A program made the translations under genes and the position numbers. A DNA stretch of 50,671 nucleotides from assembly GCA_002104905.1 (NCBI GenBank), contig MCFE01000640.1, positions 1-50,671 on the forward strand, in the 5' to 3' direction. Origin of the DNA: Basidiobolus meristosporus CBS 931.73. Its lineage: Eukaryota > Fungi > Basidiobolomycota. The notes beneath the pieces are model-generated. The model was not told where the DNA came from, searched no databases, and saw only the letters and a list, made by a program, of their open reading frames with translations. This document shows, one piece after another, positions 36,306-46,537 of this stretch. Every line of letters starts with the position of its first letter. Position 1 is the stretch's first letter.

Positions 36306-38112
36306 TGTTAATTGGAGTTTGACGGTTAGACTTTGGGAAATGTTGTTAGAGAAAGATTAGGGTTTATAAAAAAAGTTTTATTAAGGGGTGGGAGTTAGGT
36401 TTGAAAGGAGTTTTAAAAAGGGATAATCATTGGGTTAGAATGGTTATTGTTCAAAATTTAAGATAAGATCTTTGGTGGTGCTAGCATAGCCGTTAATCTG
36501 GAGTTTATTTTGGTGGGTTTTAACGTGACAGTTTTTGCAAAGAGCAACGAGATTAGATTTAGAATTTTTGTGGCAATGGTCGATCATACCATTGTTTTCA
36601 GAAGTGTGTTGATGTTGGATATGGTGGACATTGATAGGGAGGTCGGTGGTTTGGGTAGGGACGTAGTTGCAGATTTGACATTTGTAAACAAGTTTATCTT
36701 TGTTGTAACGGCTATATTTGGAGTATTGGTTTAGAAGACCATTGGCAATAGTGGGACAAGTTTTATCTTCACGGGACAAAATGTTGGCACGGATTTGGAA
36801 AGCTTTTTGGAGGAAGTTAGAGTCCATGTTAAGGAATTCGCAGACTTTGAGGCCATAAATGGAGTCACAGGGGCCTTCTTTAATTTTGCGTTCAAAGATA
36901 ATAACATTTTTAGAATTAATATGTTCAAAATTAACAGAAAGATGAAAAACTTTAACGTTGGGAATATCTTTGATAAATTTGTAGATGTTGTGTAAATGGG
37001 TGGTGAACATAAAGCTGATATTTTGTTTGGCAAGAGTCATGACGCTGGAGGCAAAGATGGCAGATCCAGAGATATGTTCTGTGCCGTGGATAATTTTGTC
37101 GGCAAGAACTAAAGTGTAGGGGTCGGCACATTTGAGGATATTTCTAAGGTCAGACATTTTGGCAACAAAGAAGGATTGGCCTTTGAGAATATTATCTTTG
37201 CTAAGGATGCAAGTCATGAGAGATTTGTAGGGAGAGAATTTGAAAGAAGAAGCGGGGACAAAGGAGCCCATTTGGGCAAGGATGATGGAGAGGCCACAGG
37301 CTTTGAGGAGGCTGGTTTTGCCACAGGAGTTCATGGAGTATAAGATGATACCGTCATGGTTGTTGGTACCAATGGTGATATTGTTAGGGACATATTCTAG
37401 ATTAGTTTGGAGGCGTTCAATGAGGGGGTGATGGAGATCAGTGGCTTTAAAATAACTTTTGTTGGAGAGTTTGACAACAGGGCGGCAGAAGTTGTAGAGG
37501 CAACTAATTTTGTAGTTAGATTTAATAACGTCAAATTCGGCAACAAAGAGTTTGATGCAACAAAAGATATTTTTGTAAGAAGATAAGTGTTTGAGGCTGC
37601 TAAGGAAGAGAGATTTAAGTTGTTTGTTAATTTGGTCATCTAGGGAGAGAATATGATTGCTAATGTGGGTTAGGCTGTTGGAGGAGATTTTGGTGTTTAA
37701 TTTGTCAGATTTAAAGGTAATGTAATTGTTAGAGATGAAAGATTTGGTTAAGGAAGATTTAAGTTTGGTGGCAAAAGAATTGGTGACAGAAAGATAGTAT
37801 CCAGAGCGGGGAGAATAGTCGACTTTAATGGGGATAAGTTTTTTGTTGACATATTTGCGTGAGGTAGAAGAAAGATAAGAGAGGGCGTGAGAAGAGAGAG
37901 CAAAGGCAATATCTTCTAATTTGTCAAGTTCAGAAGTTTGAGAGTTGGAGAGGGAGTCAAGATTGGGGAAGATACCTTTGCAAAAGATGGAGGGATCAAG
38001 GGTGCCAGTGGTGGGGATATTATCAATAACAAAGATACAAGAGATGTCGTTAACAAATTTGTTAAGAAGGGAAATTTTGTGTTGAGACAAGAGGATATGT
38101 TGTAAAGAAGAT

Positions 38113-38430
38113 TTGGGAGGTAAAGTTTGTGGGTTAGGAAGATCATCAGATGAAGAGGAGTGTCTATTGGGAGGCTCATCGGATGAAAAGGAGTGTCTAT
38201 TGGGAGGCTCATCGGATGAAAAGGAGTGTCTATTGGGAGGCTCATTGGATGAAAAGGAACGTCTATTGGGAGGATCATCAAATGAAGAGGAGCGTATATT
38301 GGGAGGCTCATTGGATGAAGAGGAGCGTATATTGAGAGGCTCATTGGATGAAGAGGAGGGTATATTGGGAGGATCATCAAGTGAAAGAGTTTGTAGGTTG
38401 GGAAGATCATGAGAGGAAGAAGTAGTATTA
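38113..38430 (-). repeat. In-frame 33-bp tandem repeat (~8-9 units, PNRHSFSSDEP-like) inside MutS7
   Basis: Repeated gaggctcatcggatgaaaaggagtgtctattgg variants on the plus strand. Confidence 0.9.
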
Positions 38431-39300
38431 GGGGAGGAGAAGGCAGGAATAAGAAGATTGCAAAGATCAAGGATAGCTTTGTAAGAGGTATAGAGTTGAG
38501 AAAGTTTGGGTAAAGTTAGAACTTCTAATAAAAGTTGGCGATGAAGTTGTTCAAGCTTGGCAATATTAGTTAAGAGACGATCGAAAGTTTTTACGGAAGG
38601 TTTGAAGAGAGAACCAAAGTTGTCAAGTTGGCAATAACGATGTTTTAATTTGTGGGGATTGGTGACAGGAGAGAGGAGACGCTTTTTAAGGAGTTGTTTA
38701 CCCATTTTAGTAGAACAGAGATTGATAATGTCAAGTAAACATTGGGTTTGATTAGATTTGTGGGAAGACTTGGATTTGGGGAAGTGGATAAGATCAAGTA
38801 GGTCTATAGTATTGGTGGCAAGGAGAAGATGGTTGGAGGATAAAAAGATTTCAGGAGGGGAAAGTTTGCGGACAAGCACAGGATTGTGGAGGTAAAGGAA
38901 TTCTATAAGAAGGACGTAACTAATAAGAGCGAGGGGTTTGCGTTCAAGATCTAAAAATTCTATGTTGGAGAGCATGGTTTTGTGGGGGAAGATGTTGCCT
39001 AATAGTTTGTTCTGGTAGTTGAGTTGAAGAGCTTTAGGAGTGGCATCTATGTAATGGAAGAGGATATTGTTGGAGTAGAGTTCTAAGTAAGATACAAGGT
39101 TGAGGGATTTAATAAAGTCTAAATATTTGGAGGGAGAGCAGAAGACAACTTCACAAGGGTGGTATTGTTTGAGGAAGGAGAGGATATGATCAAAAGAGAG
39201 ACAATGATCTTTGGGGGTAGAGTTAGATTTGTAAACGGTATTTTTACCGGTAATAACATCAATGGCACTAATACCAATGTTAAAAGAGATATTATTGGAT

Positions 39301-39372
39301 TCAGAAATTAATTTTTTATTGGTGTCAGAAATTAATTTTTTATTGGTGTCAGAAGTTAATTTTTTATTGGTG
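39301..39372 (-). repeat. In-frame 24-bp repeat x3 (SDTNKKLI) inside MutS7
   Basis: tcagaaattaattttttattggtg units at 39301, 39325 and 39349. Confidence 0.85.
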
Positions 39373-39990
39373 TCAAAGAATAAGAGAACAAGATAATTGC
39401 GAGAGACAAGAGATTTGTCAACGTCAACATAGGTGGAGGGGCTAATAATATTGGTAACTTTGCGGGTGATATTGGGAGGGGAACCTTTTTGGTCAATAAT
39501 AACAAGGGTGTAGTTATGCTTGAGTAATAAAGGGATGTATTTTTTAAGTGCGACACAGGGGAAGCCGACGAGTAGGGGGTTGGAGCGGTTGTTGTAAGAG
39601 AGTTTTTAATTTTTTTTAGTTAGGATGATATTATGGAGCTCGGAGATATTGGCTGGGTTACCAAGTTTTTTGGTATTGTTGTCAACACCGTAAATTTTGT
39701 AGAAGCTACCGACTTGCATAAGAACAATGAGTTGTTGACCATATTGGTGTTGGTAGAGAGTTAAAAAATTAAAGTATTTGTTGACAACGGATTCTTTACT
39801 CATGTTCAATATATGAAGGGGTGGATGAGGGTGTAACCAATTTAATTGGATGGAGATGAGAATGGGATGGACATGGATAGTTTAGTGGGATATTTTTTAA
39901 AAGGCAGGGGGGAGGGTTCAACAATCAAAGAAGAGATATACATGGGGCGTAAAGAGAGGATAGAAATAAAAGTTGTTAGTAGAATATATC

Positions 39991-41300
39991 TTCAAGTATA
40001 AATTTGGCACTACAGTAGTAAACTTTGCACAAGTAATGAAAATTGATATACACATATCTCCTATGCCAAAGCCTTGGTGCTTCTTCCTTCAAGTTACTTA
40101 TATTGGCTTCCAGATATGATGGAACTTAAGTCAACTTATACAGATTCTGATCTCCAATACCCAAAGCAATATGGGCACCATTTTGATCAGTGATCCTGCA
40201 TCCAGAATTGTCAAAGCTGAAGCTGAGTCCTTCTACAGTGGCCTTGCTTACAGATAGTTGGTTCTTGGCTATTTCTGGCACATAGAGTACTAATTTGGAA
40301 GTCAGTGTATGGCTTACTTCACTGCTTCTGAGGTTTACTTGGATAGTTCCTTCTCCCACTGCATCAAGTGTTCTATTGTGACCTATGAAAACCTTCTTAA
40401 TTGAAATCTCTTAGTATTGGGTAAGACGCTCTTTTTGGTGAGTAAAGTGTTGAGATGCTCCAGAGTCAATGTACAACATCTGAGATTTCTTGTTTGTGGT
40501 CATATATGGTGTAGATATGAGTAGTCTATCTTCAGTTGTTGCAGCATTTCCATATTCAGGCTTCCTTTGCTGATTATCTCTCTTTTTGAGACACCAGTCA
40601 GATTTGTGTCCATTCCTTTTGCAGTAGTTGCAAAACAGGTTGCTGTTGCCTTTGTAAGGTCTTGGGTACCTCCTTTGTTGGTTACCGTAACTTATTAAGG
40701 CATTTTCTTCTTCCTTCTTATTGGCACTTGATTTTCTTGATTCTTCAGCCAGGAGCCTTCCATATATATAATTTAAGGTCAAATCTTCAGCTCTGAACTC
40801 TAGGGCTGATATAAGGCGCTGAAACTTGTCTGTCAGGCTATTCAGGATGGTAACTATCTCATCCTCATCAGTAGTTGGTATGCCCATAGATTCCATCTCA
40901 TCCTCCAGCAGGGTACTTCTGTTAATAAGATTCTTGATTTCTTCTCCTGGCATCATCCTTGTAGTAAAGAACTTTTGTCTTGGATACATTTTCTTGCCAG
41001 CCAAACATGAAGGTAGGTGCTTTCTAATGCCTTCCAGGCATTCTTTGCTGTTCTTGCTCTTGAGCATTAAATTAGTTATTTGTCTTTACCATTATGGCAA
41101 ATGCAGATAAAGACACTTTGCTCTTTCTTCTGGTACTTCAAGGCTTCCTCTCCCACATTTTTAGGAGAGCATTCTTCTCCCATGACAATATCCTAAAGGC
41201 TTCTTTCTTGTAGCAGCATCTTCATCTCAACCTTCCACACTTGACAGTTGGATCTATCCAACTTTTCAGCAGAGGGAAAATACTAGTAATAGCAGTAGTA
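39991..41300 (-). pseudogene. Copia gag, zinc knuckle, protease and first half of GAG-pre-integrase
   Basis: RQKFFTTRM, CNYCKRNGHKSDWC, LYIDSGASQHF, NQLSVSK, LWHRRYVYINF. Confidence 0.88.
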
Positions 41301-41336
41301 GACATTGCAGAGAGTGACAGCTTGGGCCTCATAGAG

Positions 41337-41684
41337 TATTGTAAGAGTCTAGGAGATATTAGAAGTGATTGTCAAGACAAGTAGATTATGTGGTTTTCAC
41401 CTAATGATACATTGAAAGCAAAAGTAGTATTTGTACTTTAACATGATCTTGGCATAAAGAACATGTAGAATAGATTTAGGAAGGTCCTAAGAGCATGTGT
41501 ACAAAGCTTGGGGTGGTTTGAACAACTCTGAGAATATTCAGGTTCTGGGTATCTGGTATTTTGATGAAAACATTCTGAGTAAATACCAGCCAGGAATTTG
41601 AGCAGTATTCTCTAGGACCTGAAGGCAATGATCCAAGTGACTAAGTTAGGTGAATATTTAAGTGGAATTCAAATTTTGACAACA
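41337..41684 (-). mobile_element. Copia 5' LTR of the split element
   Basis: tgttgtca...ttacaata in element sense, followed by a degenerate PBS and gag. Confidence 0.85.
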
Positions 41685-41940
41685 GATGGATCTAACTACC
41701 ATGACTGAAAGGTAAAGATAACAATGCTGACATAGGAAAGAGGTCCTTGAGATATTTTGTGGGAAAGGAATGCACTGCTAATGGTGTAGGAGAGGAAGTC
41801 TCAAGGTATCACAGAAGGAACAAAGCACTTTTGACAGCATATATCTTAATGTCAAATGTATATGGCTACTTCAGTGTTCAAAAGCAAAAATGGCCAAAAT
41901 GCCTGGAGGGCAATGGAACACACCTTACCATTGCCCTATG
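41685..41940 (+). pseudogene. Plus-strand Copia gag fragment (DGSNYH*KVK...)
   Basis: Homologous to gag at 28280-28520; resumes where the gag at 29640-29713 stops. Confidence 0.7.
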
Positions 41941-43213
41941 AAAAATAACTTGGTCCTGCAGGTGAATCTGATCCAGATCTGCCATCAGGATCCCATTTGG
42001 ACTCTGTCATAATGCCAGCAGCTTGGAATTAGTGACCCTCTTAACAATCTTTTGATGGAATCACAACAGCATATAGCTAATTTTACTGTTAAATAAATGT
42101 ATAAAACTTGACAGGGTTTGATTGGTGCTCTGGCAATAATTGCATGGTATTGTTGTGGTTGTAGTGTGTGGTACCACCATCTTAAATGGATTTATCTGGC
42201 CTGTACATCCAACTTTTTTATATGGCAAATAACTTGACGGTGTTTTAAAGGCCTCATTGCAAGTCTCTAATGGCATTATGACAGCACTATGGCAGCCTAT
42301 ACCTTGTTATATATAGTGCTACCATACCAATTTACCAAATGGTACTTTGTTTTTCTACCTCCCCTTGTACAATTCATATATTCCACTGTAGAATCACCCC
42401 TGTTATTTACTCACACACTACTACCTTGGGTATTCCATCTATAGTTCAAATAAAAAAGAACTATGGCCTCCTGCTTACTAATCTCTGCAGACATGCACAC
42501 CTGCTACAATTGGCATACTTCTATCACCTCAACTTTACAGCTTTTTAGTGTGATACTTGCAAAGTAGCCATATACCTTGTACTACTGGTAACATACACAT
42601 ATTGCAAACATATGCTTAGTTGCCACCACTAGTGTTGTGAATACCTCCTGAGTATCCACAGAGTACCTTTTGGTATTTAGCCAATATATTCCTATCATGA
42701 TCACATGACAACCATGAACACCTGTGCCAAGTTTCAGCTCCCTAGCTCAATTTCTAAGAGATTCCTTCTGGAACCTTCTACCACCTTCCAGAAAGTTCCT
42801 GACCATTCCAAATCATTGTTAAACAATGGAACATTCCATGGAAGCTTTCCATTGTATTTTTCATAGTACAGTACCATATATGGAAATACCAGGTCACATG
42901 ACTTAGTCGCATGATCAGGTGACCCAATCCATCTCCCATCCCGTCTCAGTGCCGTGTCATCTATGTCAATATCCCCAGCACCATTGCTGTGCCTCACTCC
43001 ACAACCCCATTAGTATTAGCTGATATCTCTTGGCATCAGTATAGCCAAAAGTATATATAGTCCTATCCCCCCTTAAGTATTCCTCAGTCTGATAAACACA
43101 GGTCTTGAATAAACAGCCTTGCCTTGAATCCTGCCTTGCCTTGATGGTCCACACCTAAGTCCTTTCCTGCCATGCCTAGCTTTTCCTCCTGCCTTGTGTC
43201 TATTCATAACAGT

Positions 43214-43224
43214 TTTATCAGACT
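43214..43224 (+). promoter_or_regulatory. Self-priming primer-binding site (Tf1-like)
   Basis: tttatcagact is the exact reverse complement of agtctgataaa at 43086-43096, ~30 nt downstream of the LTR TATA box. Confidence 0.75.
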
Positions 43225-44169
43225 CTCCTGACTTACCTGTGAATCCCTGCCTTCTGCCCAAAGTTTGAAGAAAACTTGTAAAAGGAATACTCACTGTAAG
43301 TATCACCCATCATCTTTCCCTAGTCTTGTCCTATAAAGGCAAAGATGCTTTATCTTTGTAAAACTATTGGTCAAAGCTGCATTCACTTTATTACCCTGCT
43401 GGTGGAGTTTACAGTTGTTACAGTATTGGAAGCTTTAGTACAATACTCTATCAAAGGATGTCAAAACCAGTACCTTCTGAAGTGACGCTGTGGTGGTGTA
43501 TAAGTCCAGAGGGCAAAATACGGCCAACACTTCTCAAGTGTGAATGTGTGTGGGGTGTTCACTGGGTGTGATAACCTCTGGCAAAAGCTTGCTAGGAATA
43601 CTGGGTCTTTTGTCTAATCTAATGTGATGGGGGATAAAGCCTCAAGCTTGTCAAGGGAAAACTATTGAACTACAATCCCCAACTTAGTTGGTGTCTTAAC
43701 AAAAGTTTATAATGGCTTTGATGTCCTTTGAGATGACAATGTACTAAAGCTTCCAAAGTCAAAATAACTGTAAACTCCACCAACAGGGACTTGATAAGAA
43801 TGCAGCTTTGACCAATAGTTACAAAGACTGAAAAGTATCTTTGCCTGTACAAGAACAAACTTGGGAAAACAAACAAATATAATAAAATATACCTACTCTG
43901 AGTATTCCTCACAAGTAGTGCCTCCAAGGTCAGTTGGCTGTCAGCACGGTTTCCTGGGCGTTGTGGTGGTGTAGAGGTACTCCTGGGAGAAGCTACACAA
44001 CTCAAGGTGTGTGAGGTGTTTGATGGGTGCAATAACCTCTGTGTCTAAACTGCTGGTGTCTTTGTCAATATGTCACTATGGTAAAAGCTCCTGCTTCTCT
44101 AGCTTCCTAGGTGCTCCAAGTGTCTCCAAAGGCCTCTGTGTGTCTTGTGCACTACCCTGAAAAGCTCCT

Positions 44170-45379
44170 TGATGGCAGGTCTGAGATGTACTGTTGAAGG
44201 CAGGTGCAGTGATCAACTGCTAATCAATAAGGTAGAAGTGTTACTGATAGAAGGGATGATTTATTGATGAGGGATTGCTTTCCCTTAAATACTTTTCCTG
44301 ATTGCCAAGTGATTACTAATGTAAAGGTTCTAGAAGATTCTAGGTATCAGTGGAATTCTTGATGACATCACAATGAGCTAAAAATATGCCGAGAATGTCC
44401 TGGAAGGTTCTAAAAGGCACAGCACATTCAACCAATCAGGAATCAGTTGTCTGAAACCTATGCAACATAGAAATACCATACATGGTATTGAAATGGTAGG
44501 GATGGTAACACAGACTTAGGTCATGTGTCACAGGTACTGACGCGGGTACTTGCCTTATATAGATACATCTACTGATTACAAAGCTGAATAACATCTGGGA
44601 TAACTAATGCTAATAACTAATCAGGGTAAACATCATATGGGGATAATACAGATAATATGGGCAAAAGAAGAATGGGATAATACTGATAAGATAAAATATG
44701 GATAAGTATATCATAATGACTATATGAGTAAACTTGTCTGTGGGAGGTTTGTTTACCCTACCACAGCGTGTCGTCAGGTCTGAGTCAGAAAATAGTGGTA
44801 ATAGGTAGCGGTGATCTCACTAATCAATAAGTCGGAATATTGGAAGAGGGATCATTTATTTTAAGGGATAGCCTCCCTTATATACTTTTTTGCTGCTTGA
44901 ATTCTTGCTAGAAAATACTTTCCGGAAGTTTCCAGAAGGTAGTAGACAACCAATCATGTCTTTGTGTACTAAAAATAGCGCAAATTCTTGGCGGATTGTT
45001 CCATGAGACATAGTAGCACCTAGCCAATCAGGTAGTGGTAATATGAAACCTCTGTGTCATGTGGTTGCCTCTTATGGTAGTGAGATGGGGGGGGGGTTAT
45101 GAAACCAAGATGGTCACGTGACATGGGCACTGTTGGGGTACTTGCCTTATAAGCTAACTATCTTATCTTGGCATCTTGGCAAGGAATAAGAATAGCTTGT
45201 GCAATGGGTTAATAGTGACAAATAGTTTGTCAGGTTGCATAGTAATAATCACATAGACAAAAATAGGAAATATTGCAAATTTGGGATGATAATAATATAG
45301 GCGGGGTAATCCTTTTTAGGGAAGTGAACGCATAAGAATGAGCACATCTGCCTGTGGGTGTCACTGTGACCCCACTACA
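44170..45379 (-). mobile_element. Two tandem ~600-bp solo-LTR-like units (44170-44765, 44769-45379) nested in the chromovirus leader
   Basis: TG...CA ends, colinear diverged homology (caggtctgag, ctaatcaataag, ccaatcagg, gggtacttgccttata); TATA then AATAAA on the minus strand; no TSD found. Confidence 0.6.
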
Positions 45380-45511
45380 ACGCTAACTTATTTAAGTTGG
45401 GGATTGTGGCTCAATAGCTGTATTCTTACATACTAGTGGCTTTACAAACCCACAATCTAGTTTAGTATATTCCAGTATTCCTTGCAAGTTCATCCTCCTT
45501 CCTCTGCTACC

Positions 45512-46444
45512 ATGTCCAACCTAGAGCTGAACTTTGCCCAGCTCATGGCTGCCTTTACCCAACTGCATCAAGACCATGCAGGCCTCAGAAACACTCTTGC
45601 TCAGTTCCAGAACCAAAGTGTCCAGCAAACTAGCCATGTCCCAGTCTACCAAGAACCCAAGTATACTCCTGCTACCAAGTTCAATGGCTCTCAGAATGAA
45701 TTCCGTGGCTTCATCAACATGGTGAAGAACAATCTTGCCCTCCAGCCCAACCAGTACCCCACTGACCAGGCCAAAGTTGGTTTCATCTCCAACCTGCTTA
45801 CTGGTACAGCTCTCAAGTGGTTCTCCCCATTAGTGGAGACCAACTCTCCCCTCTTCAGAGACTACCAAGCTTTTCTCACCGAAATGGAGCTAACATTTGG
45901 TGACCTTGACCAAGCCAGAACTGCTGCCAACAAGATCAAGACCCTCAAGCAAGGGAACAAACCAGCATCAGTCTATGCCTCAGAATTCCGACAACTCTCC
46001 AGTGACCTCAGCTCCTGGGGTCAAGCAGCCTTGATTAGCCAATTCCAAGATGGCCTCAATGATGAAGTTTGTGATCTACTACTCACACTCCCAGATCCAG
46101 ATACATTGGTTGAAGCTATGCACCAAGCAATCCGGTGTGATAACAGACTATTCCAGAAGAAGCAAAAGAACCGTCAAAGACACATTCCTGTTGCAGTCCC
46201 AGCCCCTCCTGCTCCCCAAGTCACTCCAGAAGATCCTATGCAGATTGATAGTGCCAAATACAAGAAACAATCATAGAGTGAAAAGTCCAGACGTCAACAA
46301 GCCAACCTCTGTCTATACTGTGGCCAACCAGGTCACTTTGCCAAGTCCTGCCCCAACAAGAAGTCCAGCTTCAAGCTGATGCAGTCCTCCAGCAACCAAC
46401 CTGATTCAGATCTGTTGGGAAACTCCAATGTCCAGTTGCACTGA
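45512..46444 (+). pseudogene. Chromovirus gag with CCHC knuckle; in-frame TAG at 46274-46276
   Basis: LLTGTALKWF, YASEFRQL, FQDGLNDEV; [14 protein letters not shown] lies in frame after the stop. Confidence 0.9.
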
Positions 46445-46537
46445 CAGGCTTGCAACTGGACCCACCCATGGAAATCCAGCATATCCAAGAATCTTCCTTT
46501 GCCACAAAATCTATCCAGTCCTTGAGAATGCCTGTCA
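46417..46537 (+). promoter_or_regulatory. -1 programmed ribosomal frameshift signal
   Basis: G GGA AAC at 46417-46423 in gag phase; 10-bp stem 46431-46440/46451-46460; loop complementary to 46530-46537; pol is in the -1 frame. Confidence 0.85.

Larger units (their letters stand above)
36444..39809 (-). pseudogene. mutS7: MutS7-type mismatch-repair ATPase with C-terminal HNH nuclease, ~1120 codons, one premature TAA at 39606-39608
   Basis: One frame from 39809 to 36444; LMQVGSFYKIYG, NPLLVGFP, IGISAIDVITG, NSCGKTS, LAQMGSFVPA, DNILKGQSFF, FTTHLH, then CQIC...VHHI...NLVALCKNCHVKTH. Confidence 0.9.
32832..39990. mobile_element. AT-rich endogenous viral-like segment (probable Nucleocytoviricota fragment); ends uncertain by ~20 nt
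   Basis: Abrupt composition shift, intronless ORFs, MutS7-type gene, T-rich intergenic repeat modules. Confidence 0.75.
29860..41684 (-). mobile_element. Degenerate Ty1/Copia element split by a ~7.2 kb foreign insert
   Basis: Minus-strand order: LTR 41684-41337, gag, CCHC knuckle, protease (YIDSGAS), GAG-pre (LWHRR), [insert], CEAY/integrase, RT (RYKARLVAK, VKTAFLNG, LNGLKQSPR), RNase H (AISWNS, HIDIR), LTR 30207-29860; no matching TSD and the LTRs are strongly diverged. Confidence 0.8.

Noticed and set aside
32836-39809. Alternative genetic code (TGA=Trp endobacterium, or TAA readthrough) to explain one in-frame stop per ORF
   Set aside because: Trp is encoded by TGG elsewhere, the internal stops are of two types, and TAA also ends the genes; simple decay is sufficient
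32832-39990. Bacterial origin of MutS7 (Epsilonproteobacteria) or a contaminant contig
   Set aside because: No operon-like packing or ribosome-binding sites; long repeat-rich spacers, a glycoprotein-like ORF and host-type CpG decay favour integrated viral DNA. Not formally excluded without phylogeny and reads
33900-39990. Mimivirus early promoter AAAATTGA
   Set aside because: No exact copy seen upstream of the insert ORFs; only a near match at ~34027, uninformative in AT-rich DNA
42300-42420. Chromodomain-like YHLVNWYG on the minus strand
   Set aside because: Too short and unsupported by neighbouring integrase motifs
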